IMG/VR virus record: IMGVR_UViG_3300036790_000204
Location: 1 to 42,102 of that record
From: a virus
Taxonomy: Duplodnaviria > Heunggongvirae > Uroviricota > Caudoviricetes
Direction: 5' to 3' (one strand)
DNA length: 42,102 nt
Positions 25,284 through 31,903 of the stretch are shown piece by piece (position 1 is the first letter of the stretch; each line of letters starts with the position of its first letter). The notes under the pieces were generated by a model, which saw nothing but the letters and a program-made list of their open reading frames with translations, made no database searches and had not been told where the DNA came from. Made by a program: the position numbers and the translations under genes.

Positions 25284-26507
25284 TTGAAGGCGCGGCTAAC
25301 GCTGTGGCACTGCGGGCGCTGCGGGAAGGCACGCGGACGGCACCACCTGTGCTCGGGCGGCCGGAAGGGACGCGACCGGATCAAGCTCCGGATGGCGTTC
25401 ACCTGCCCGTCATGCGGCGCGAGCACGCCCAACCCGCTGACGCACCGCTGCGTCAAAAAGTCGGACTTCAAGCGCCGGAAAGCCGCAGCGAAGCGGCACG
25501 ACCAGGCCGAGGCCCGGAAGCGGAGACGGCGCGCGGCGGCCGCCCGGAAACGGGCGCGGCTCAGAGAGCGGAAGCGCGCGCGGGCGGAGCGCCGCAGGCT
25601 GCAGCGCGCCGCCACGGCGGCCGCCCGGAAGCAGTCGGCGCGCGCCCGCTCCCACAACGCGAACAGGCACGAGCCGGCCGACTGCCGCGACGAGAACTGC
25701 ACAAGCAAACCCTGCGCCTGGTATCGCGCCGGGAGGACGGACGGCCTGGTGATCGGCCGGGCCGAGGGCTACGGCGACGGGTTCACCGACGGGTTCGCCG
25801 AGTGCCTGTCGCAACGTTTAGGGGGCTGCCATGGGCGACGTGATCCTGAAGGCGATCCCGGTGCTATTCGTCGTCGGCGTGCTCTACCTGGCGCTGCTGC
25901 TGATCCACCCGATGCACGAGTGCCCGCGGTGCGGCGGCGCGCGGGTGATCAGGAACGGCCGGAACGTCAAAGCCTGCAAGAAGTGCAAGGCGACCGGCCG
26001 CGCGATCCGGTTCGGCGCACCGTTCGCACACAAGCTCGCCCGCGAGCATGTGTGGCCGTGGATCCGCGCCCGCATGGAGGACACGGCCGAGCGCAGGCAG
26101 GAGGGGCCGCGATGACGCTTAAGGGCAGTTTCCAAGGGTCATTCCAGCTCAAGCAGGCACGCGCCCCGGTTCTGCGCCTGCTGCTGCCGGCGCTAGCCGC
26201 CGCGCTGGCCTGCTGGCTGGCCATGGCGCTCGCGTGGCTGCTCGCGGTCATCGTCGGCGCGTTCGGGCTGGCGATCGTCGGGGGCAGCCTGTGGCTGCGC
26301 CATTGGTCGCGCCGCGCCGAGGCCGGATTCGCGGCCAGTCAGCTCGCCAACCCCGTGCGACCCGCGATCACAGCTTCGGCGCAGCCCGCGCCGATGATCG
26401 TCAACCACTACCACGGGCCCGTCACCGTCCACGTGGGACCGGGGTCGGACCCATCGGCGTTCGGGGCGGTCCGGCCCCTCGCCATCACCACCGAAACAGA
26501 GGAGTAG
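25284..26507 (+). CDS. Zinc-finger/basic protein whose frame runs without a stop into the 26112 membrane gene
   Basis: CGRC..C, CPSC..C, CRDENC..C motifs and Arg-rich helix; likely functional part about 25284-25830. Confidence 0.55.
   Translation: MKARLTLWHCGRCGKARGRHHLCSGGRKGRDRIKLRMAFTCPSCGASTPNPLTHRCVKKSDFKRRKAAAKRHDQAEARKRRRRAAAARKRARLRERKRARAERRRLQRAATAAARKQSARARSHNANRHEPADCRDENCTSKPCAWYRAGRTDGLVIGRAEGYGDGFTDGFAECLSQRLGGCHGRRDPEGDPGAIRRRRALPGAAADPPDARVPAVRRRAGDQERPERQSLQEVQGDRPRDPVRRTVRTQARPRACVAVDPRPHGGHGRAQAGGAAMTLKGSFQGSFQLKQARAPVLRLLLPALAAALACWLAMALAWLLAVIVGAFGLAIVGGSLWLRHWSRRAEAGFAASQLANPVRPAITASAQPAPMIVNHYHGPVTVHVGPGSDPSAFGAVRPLAITTETEE
25831..26115 (+). CDS. Membrane-anchored DnaJ-type zinc-finger protein
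   Basis: TM helix then CPRCGG..CKKCKATGRAIRFGA; AGGGGG RBS. Confidence 0.75.
   Translation: MGDVILKAIPVLFVVGVLYLALLLIHPMHECPRCGGARVIRNGRNVKACKKCKATGRAIRFGAPFAHKLAREHVWPWIRARMEDTAERRQEGPR
26112..26507 (+). CDS. Membrane protein (Spd-like)
   Basis: GGAGG RBS, ATGA overlap, long hydrophobic region, NHYHGP tail. Confidence 0.68.
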   Translation: MTLKGSFQGSFQLKQARAPVLRLLLPALAAALACWLAMALAWLLAVIVGAFGLAIVGGSLWLRHWSRRAEAGFAASQLANPVRPAITASAQPAPMIVNHYHGPVTVHVGPGSDPSAFGAVRPLAITTETEE

Positions 26508-26511
26508 CGAG

Positions 26512-26664
26512 ATGGCCAAGGACGAGAACGACAAGAAGTGCCAGCAGCAGGTCGAGTTCGGCAACGGGGGCGGCATCAAAACCTGCGACGACAAGCCGAA
26601 GCCGGGCGCGCCCGAGGAAAACTGCGACTACCACGACCAGGTGCGCAGGGACGGCAACCGGTAG
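26512..26664 (+). CDS. 50-aa C..C..CxxH microprotein
   Basis: GAGGAG RBS; MAKDENDKKCQQQVEFGNGGGIKTCDDKPKPGAPEENCDYHDQVRRDGNR. Confidence 0.6.
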   Translation: MAKDENDKKCQQQVEFGNGGGIKTCDDKPKPGAPEENCDYHDQVRRDGNR

Positions 26665-26701
26665 CCGGGGGGCGCCACCACCGAGACAAAGGAGCAGTGA
26701 C

Positions 26702-26857
26702 ATGGCAATCCCCAAGGGCTACGGCCGCGCGGACGCGAGGCTCGCCGACGGCCTGGAAAGGGCCGCCACGGCGGCGGACGCCGACCGGATCGCCAAGGCC
26801 GACGGCCACGCCGACCGCGACGCGGCCGAGAAATGGCTCGAGGAGCGGTCCGGGTGA
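26702..26857 (+). CDS. 51-aa microprotein
   Basis: AAGGAG RBS; MAIPKGYGRADARLADGLERAA..AEKWLEERSG. Confidence 0.6.
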   Translation: MAIPKGYGRADARLADGLERAATAADADRIAKADGHADRDAAEKWLEERSG

Positions 26858-26937
26858 GCGGCCAGAACGACGCCATCGGCGTCACCGACGACAAGTGGGC
26901 CGAACAGCAGCAGGGCAACCAGGAAGGGAAGCGCTGA
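26854..26937 (+). CDS. 27-aa microprotein
   Basis: GAGGAG RBS, GTGA overlap; MSGQNDAIGVTDDKWAEQQQGNQEGKR. Confidence 0.45.
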   Translation: MSGQNDAIGVTDDKWAEQQQGNQEGKR

Positions 26938-27183
26938 CATGGGCTGGCTCATCGCGCTAGGCGTGCTCTACCTGCTGTTCCACGGCCCACCACTACAGGA
27001 GGCGTCGGCGTCGGGGCCTGTCTGTTTGGGCCAGTATCCCTGGGCCATTTGGAACAAGAATCTCAAAAAGGTTCTGATCGGTTCTGATCACCCAGCAGGG
27101 CGGCCAGCCTCCCCACTGGCCGCCCGACCGGGCAATCAGCACCAGGGGACAGCCCGACCCCCCCATCGAACAGGAGGAACACC

Positions 27184-27501
27184 ATGCCACTACCCGATCT
27201 CACCCCCGAGCAGCGCGAGGCGGCACTCGCGAAGGCGGCCGCGACCCGAACCGCCCGCGCCGAGGTCAAGAACCGGCTGAAGACGGGCGACGTCACCCTG
27301 ATGTCCGTCATCGACGACGCCGACCCGCTGATCGTCGGGCGCATGAAGGTCACGGCGCTGCTGCAGGCGGTGCCCGGCATCGGCAAGGCGCGGGCCGCGC
27401 AGATCATGGCCCGCATCGGGATCGCCGAGACGCGCCGGGTCGCCGGCCTCGGGAAAGCCCAGCGCGCCGCCCTCGCCGCCGAGTTCGCGCCGGCGGCCTG
27501 A
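27184..27501 (+). CDS. mihF: Actinobacterial integration host factor (mIHF/sIHF family)
   Basis: LPDLTPEQREAALAKAAATRTARAEVKNRLK..MKVTALLQAVPGIGKARAAQIMARIGIAETRRVAGLG; AGGAGG RBS. Confidence 0.93.
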   Translation: MPLPDLTPEQREAALAKAAATRTARAEVKNRLKTGDVTLMSVIDDADPLIVGRMKVTALLQAVPGIGKARAAQIMARIGIAETRRVAGLGKAQRAALAAEFAPAA

Positions 27502-27514
27502 CCAACCATCGACA

Positions 27515-27541
27515 GCCGGGGGCGCAGCTTGCGCCCCCGGC
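27515..27541 (+). terminator. Perfect 12-bp hairpin after mIHF
   Basis: GCCGGGGGCGCA-GCT-TGCGCCCCCGGC. Confidence 0.6.
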
Positions 27542-27560
27542 GGCAACCGGAAGGAAGACG

Positions 27561-28763
27561 TTGACCGACTACCGGGAGGAACGGAGGCGCGACCGGGCCG
27601 CCGCCGCCCAGATCAGGCGCGACGACGAGGCCGCTGGCGCGAAGCTGCGCGCGACCGAGGCGAAGGCGAAGCTCGAGCGGAAAGCGACCGCCGGCAGGGC
27701 CCGCGCCGCACGCTGGCAGGCGCTCGGCCGGTGGGTCGCCGACCGTTCGGCCGACCTGCTGCTCGCGCCGGTCATCGTCGTCGGCGCGGTCCTGGCGTGG
27801 ACCGGGATGGCCGCCTACGGCGAGGAAGAGTACGGCACGCCCGGCCTGCTGCTGCCGGCGCTGTCGGAAGGCGGCATGTGGGCGTTCGCCATGGCCACCA
27901 CCCTGACCGCCCGCAGGCACCCGGACCGGCCGCTGTGGGCGTTCCGCCTCGGAACCATCGTGTTCGCCGGATACGGGGCGGCGCTCAACTTCCTGCACGG
28001 CGACTCGGCCGGCGGACTGGCCGAGGGCATCGCGATGGCGCTCGTGTCGGTGGCGGGGGTGACCGCGCACCAGCTCGTCACGGCAGGGCCGAAGCTCAGC
28101 CGGCAGGACCGCGAGCGGCGCCGGCTGCGGCGGGCTGCGGAGCGACGCGAGCGCACGGCGATGCGGGCCGCGCTGCGGGACTCGCGGGTCGTCATCGGGG
28201 CTGACGGAAGCGCGCGGATCGTCGTCGCCGAGGGCGTCGCCACACTCGACCGCGGATGGCTCCGGACCCGGCTCGAGATCGACGCCGGGAACCCGGCCGG
28301 GGGCGCCGCGGAACCAGCCACCGAGGCAGCTCCGGAGGGATCGCCGGAAGCTCCGGGGCGACCCTCAATCGCGCCGCCGCATCCCCTCACCGTCGCCCTC
28401 ACCTCAAGCCCGCACGGCACCCTCAGAATGACCTTCGCCCGGCCCGCAGCGATGCCCTCAATCGGGCCCGCGCAGCGGGTGCCGGAACCGCAGGTCAGCG
28501 CCCCCGAAACGCCCTCACCGGAACCGGCGCCGGCGCCCCCGAAAACAGCTTGCGAGACACCCTCGCCGCGCCCTCGCGCGACGGCGCCGAGGGGCCGCGC
28601 GAAATCCCGCGCCAAGGTGGACGCGCTCATCGTCGCCGGCGGCATGACCAACGCGGCGATAGCCCAGCAGGCGGGAGTCTCCGTGGCTACCGTCGAGCGT
28701 CGCAAGGCAGCGCTCCGCGAGGCAGCCGAGGTGACCAACCTCGCCGACCGCCGCCGCGCGTAA
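27561..28763 (+). CDS. SpdB/DUF2637-like membrane protein with C-terminal HTH
   Basis: Four TM segments (AWTGMAAYG..LLLPALSEG..GAALNFLH..AHQLV), Pro-rich linker, MTNAAIAQQAGVSVATVERRK HTH. Confidence 0.72.
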   Translation: MTDYREERRRDRAAAAQIRRDDEAAGAKLRATEAKAKLERKATAGRARAARWQALGRWVADRSADLLLAPVIVVGAVLAWTGMAAYGEEEYGTPGLLLPALSEGGMWAFAMATTLTARRHPDRPLWAFRLGTIVFAGYGAALNFLHGDSAGGLAEGIAMALVSVAGVTAHQLVTAGPKLSRQDRERRRLRRAAERRERTAMRAALRDSRVVIGADGSARIVVAEGVATLDRGWLRTRLEIDAGNPAGGAAEPATEAAPEGSPEAPGRPSIAPPHPLTVALTSSPHGTLRMTFARPAAMPSIGPAQRVPEPQVSAPETPSPEPAPAPPKTACETPSPRPRATAPRGRAKSRAKVDALIVAGGMTNAAIAQQAGVSVATVERRKAALREAAEVTNLADRRRA

Positions 28764-28805
28764 CCGAACCCTGCCATCCCAGTGATCCCAACAGGAGGAA
28801 CAACC

Positions 28806-29255
28806 ATGACCGTGCAACCCGACACCGAGACCATCCCGGCCGAGGAACCGTGGGACCGCACCAGCGGACCCGTGCACGCCCAGTTCGGCCTGACCTACGC
28901 CAACTTCCTGATTTGGCACCGGGCGCACATGCAGTCGATGCCGCTGGAGTGGCAGCGGCGGTTCGTCGACCTGTCCGAGGAGTTCAGCGCCGCCTACCCT
29001 GTCGCGGGCAGCCTGTGCTACGAGGTCGCCACCGTTCGGGACGCCTACGTGAACGAGCTCACCGACGACGAGATGAGGCAGCTCGGCGTCGAGCGCGGCG
29101 ACGACGGGGAGGGCTTTTACAGGTCCGGCTGCGAGTTGAACGAGCACGAGCACATCGGCGTGCCGGTCCCCGACCCGGTGCCGCACTACAGGCACGCCTA
29201 CCTGCCGCCCGACGAGGCCGCTATCGCAGCGGTCAAGGCGCAGCGCGAGAGCTAG
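28806..29255 (+). CDS. Hypothetical actinophage protein
   Basis: AGGAGG RBS; VHAQFGLTYANFLIWHRAHMQSMPLEWQRRFV. Confidence 0.75.
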   Translation: MTVQPDTETIPAEEPWDRTSGPVHAQFGLTYANFLIWHRAHMQSMPLEWQRRFVDLSEEFSAAYPVAGSLCYEVATVRDAYVNELTDDEMRQLGVERGDDGEGFYRSGCELNEHEHIGVPVPDPVPHYRHAYLPPDEAAIAAVKAQRES

Positions 29256-29266
29256 CCCCGCGAAAC

Positions 29267-29303
29267 CGAGAGCCCGGCAGACGGAATGGCCGCCGGGCTC
29301 TCG
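29267..29303. terminator. Hairpin between convergent genes
   Basis: CGAGAGCCCGGC / GCCGGGCTCTCG perfect 12-bp stem. Confidence 0.65.
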
Positions 29304-29310
29304 CGCGCGC

Positions 29311-29847
29311 TTACCGCCGGGATCTGCGTGGCTTTGGGACTCCGGGCGCACCCTGACCGGTGCGCCTGGCATCCCACAGTGCCCAGTCTCCCGGCTCGCC
29401 CCCGGCAAGATAGACGCGCTCGGGCAGCCAGCCGAGGTCGGGAACGCCGCCGCGACCGGGCCGCAGCTCGGCGTCTGCGGCCGGCCAGTCATGGTAGCGG
29501 CGCAGCCACCCGGATGATGTCGACGGATCCCGGCCGAGCAGAGCGCCGACCCCGCCGATTGTGAGGTACCGGACGGGCGCGGGCCGGGGGAGCGCGGGCG
29601 GCCGGTCGGGGGCGTTCCGAGCGCCCTGGCCGGGGCGCGAAGCGTTCCACGCTCTCACCTCGGCCTCGCGATCGGGCGACCATCCGCGGTCGAACCCTCC
29701 GTGCCGGCCGGGCTCAAACCGGGCGTCCTCGGCCGGCCAGTCGTCATACCGCTTGAGCAGGACCGACGCTGAGCGCGGCGCGACGCCGCACCACGCCCCG
29801 AACACGGACGCGCCGACGTACACGGCGGCGCCCTGCCTCGCCGTCAT
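29311..29847 (-). CDS. Tandem two-domain HTH (AlpA/excisionase-like) protein
   Basis: Two copies of Y..G...GV/GR....L.RY.DWPA.DA...PGR.G..D.GW..R...W.A.R.GQG. Confidence 0.7.
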   Translation of the reverse strand: MTARQGAAVYVGASVFGAWCGVAPRSASVLLKRYDDWPAEDARFEPGRHGGFDRGWSPDREAEVRAWNASRPGQGARNAPDRPPALPRPAPVRYLTIGGVGALLGRDPSTSSGWLRRYHDWPAADAELRPGRGGVPDLGWLPERVYLAGGEPGDWALWDARRTGQGAPGVPKPRRSRR

Positions 29848-30536
29848 GCGTTGCCCGCGCATGCGGAAGCCAGCAAGGCGCTGCTCATCGCCGCAGCGGC
29901 GGCGGGGCGGCCGGTGTCCGCGAAGCCGCATGCCAGAGCCTCGAGCATGGCGAGCGCGACATGGGGGTCGAGGTCGTGAAGCTCGATGTCGACTTTCGTG
30001 CCCGAGTTGGTGTCGGTGACGTCGGCGTGATGCTTCCATCCGCTGCTAGGGAGCCGGACGCGGATGCTGCCGGGCGTCCTGCCGAATCCGCGCCGTTCGG
30101 AGCCGGGGACGGCGGCCGTGATCTGCGCGGTGATGCGCTCCCGGTCGGCGGCCGCCAGTTTCTCCGCCGTGACGTCGGCGACGGCCTGCTTGAGCAGCGT
30201 CTCGTACCCGGGTAGCAGTCTCCTGCGCAGGTCGGCCGCCGCTTCGCGCGGGTCGCGGCGGAGCGCGATCGTCGCCTCGCATCGTTCGCCGCGCCTCAGC
30301 CGCCAGCTTGGGGGGAACGCGCCGGTGACGCGGACGCGCCCTTCGGCGACGAAGCCGGGGGCGGTGCTGAGGCTGAGGCGGCGGCCGTCGTGGTGCTCTG
30401 CGAAGACCATGGTCGAGGACGGGCCGGGCGAGTACCGCCATCCGTCGCCGAATGCGGCGGCGATCCCGGCGGTGAGGCGGCGTAGCTGGGCGGCGGTGTC
30501 GTATGCGTCGAACTGGGCCAGGCTGATGTTGCGCAT
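29844..30536 (-). CDS. Hypothetical protein
   Basis: GC-biased codons; coupled to the downstream HTH gene. Confidence 0.7.
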   Translation of the reverse strand: MRNISLAQFDAYDTAAQLRRLTAGIAAAFGDGWRYSPGPSSTMVFAEHHDGRRLSLSTAPGFVAEGRVRVTGAFPPSWRLRRGERCEATIALRRDPREAAADLRRRLLPGYETLLKQAVADVTAEKLAAADRERITAQITAAVPGSERRGFGRTPGSIRVRLPSSGWKHHADVTDTNSGTKVDIELHDLDPHVALAMLEALACGFADTGRPAAAAAMSSALLASACAGNA

Positions 30537-30680
30537 GGGCTGGCGGTCCCCCCCGTAGTGTTGAGTGTTTACAGGGTCAAAGTTATGGACCGCGCCAACA
30601 ACTGTCAACTTAGACGCGCAACACTCCCGAGAGGCACCAGGTCACCACCACAGCGACGCAAACCCCGCACCCGACGCATC

Positions 30681-30917
30681 ATGACCGCCGTGACCGCAGC
30701 AATCGCCGACCTCGCCACCCACCGCAGAAACCGCCTCGAGCAACGCGCCGACCCAACCCACCCAGCACTCCGCTGGACCGCCGGAACCAACACCGAATGG
30801 GCACACCGCCGCCGCCACGACGCAACCGCATGGTGCGGCGCACCCGGCACCCTCACCATCGCCCCCACCGACACCGACCGCTGCCCCGCCTGCTACGGAT
30901 CCAGCCCCGGAAACTAA
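30681..30917 (+). CDS. Small Cys/His protein upstream of terminase
   Basis: WAH..AWCGAPG..RCPACY. Confidence 0.55.
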   Translation: MTAVTAAIADLATHRRNRLEQRADPTHPALRWTAGTNTEWAHRRRHDATAWCGAPGTLTIAPTDTDRCPACYGSSPGN

Positions 30918-30919
30918 CC

Positions 30920-31324
30920 ATGCCCGCCCCCAAACTCACCCCCGAGATCCAACAGGCGATCACCACCGCGATCGCCCAAGGCGCCAACGCAACCCAGGCC
31001 GCCAGAACCGCGGGCATCGGCCGAAGCACCCTCTACACATGGGCACAACAGGGCGCCAGACCCGGCGCCGAGAAAAACCGGCGCGCGATCAGCGAGGCCC
31101 TGGCGCGCGCGCGCGCGGAAAAGTCCCGACGGGCCGTGACCCGCGAGACGATCGCCGACGACCGCGGGCGCACGGTCGGCACCAGGGTCACCAGGCGGCT
31201 CCGGAACGGCGTGACCGAGGTCACCGAGGACTACCAGCGGCCGGACCGCCGCGCGCTCCGCAGGCAGCTCAGGCAAGCCCATCAGGGCGACCCGCTCGAG
31301 GCGCTGTTCGGCGTGACCGCGTGA
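30920..31324 (+). CDS. Terminase small subunit-like HTH protein, copy 1
   Basis: PKLTPEIQQAITTAIAQGANATQAARTAGIGRSTLYTW..LARARAE. Confidence 0.65.
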   Translation: MPAPKLTPEIQQAITTAIAQGANATQAARTAGIGRSTLYTWAQQGARPGAEKNRRAISEALARARAEKSRRAVTRETIADDRGRTVGTRVTRRLRNGVTEVTEDYQRPDRRALRRQLRQAHQGDPLEALFGVTA

Positions 31325-31902
31325 CCGGCCGCCCGAAGCGCCCGAGGTGGCTCACGGCCGACTCCGAGGCCGAGGTGATGGCCTCCGTTGAGTCGGGGAA
31401 CACGATCACGACCGCCGCGGCGGCCGCGGGCATCGACCCGGCCGACCTCTACAAGTGGGCTTCGGAGGCGGTCGCCGACGATCCGGCGTTCGCCCAGTTC
31501 ACCGCGAAACTCAGGACGGCCCGGGCGAAGGCCGAGCAGGTGATGGTGCAGGCGGTGACCGAGGACGCCAAAGGCGGTTTCCTGGTCCGCCGGTACACCA
31601 AGATCTACCCGAACGGCGATGAGGAGACCGACGAGTCGTTCAGCCCGCCGAACGGGCGTATAGGCCTCGAGTGGCTGAAAGCGCGGAACGGCCAGCAGTG
31701 GGGGAAACCCGACATGGCGTCGGACATGCTCGGCGAGGACGCATCGGCGGGGCCGGGCGGCGCGGCGCAGGAGGCGGGGACGATCGAGGCGCTCGCCGCC
31801 CGGCTGCACCAGCTGATGCGGGCGAACGCCGAGGCCGAGGCGCCGCAGGACGGGCCGCCGGCGGTCGCCGGGCAGGTCATCCCACCGGAATCAGGCGCCT
31901 AG
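31321..31902 (+). CDS. terS: Terminase small subunit
   Basis: LTADSEAEVMASVESGNTITTAAAAAGIDPADLYKW..FAQFTAKLRTARAKAE..LEWLKARNGQQWG; abuts TerL. Confidence 0.75.
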   Translation: MTGRPKRPRWLTADSEAEVMASVESGNTITTAAAAAGIDPADLYKWASEAVADDPAFAQFTAKLRTARAKAEQVMVQAVTEDAKGGFLVRRYTKIYPNGDEETDESFSPPNGRIGLEWLKARNGQQWGKPDMASDMLGEDASAGPGGAAQEAGTIEALAARLHQLMRANAEAEAPQDGPPAVAGQVIPPESGA

Positions 31903-31903
31903 G

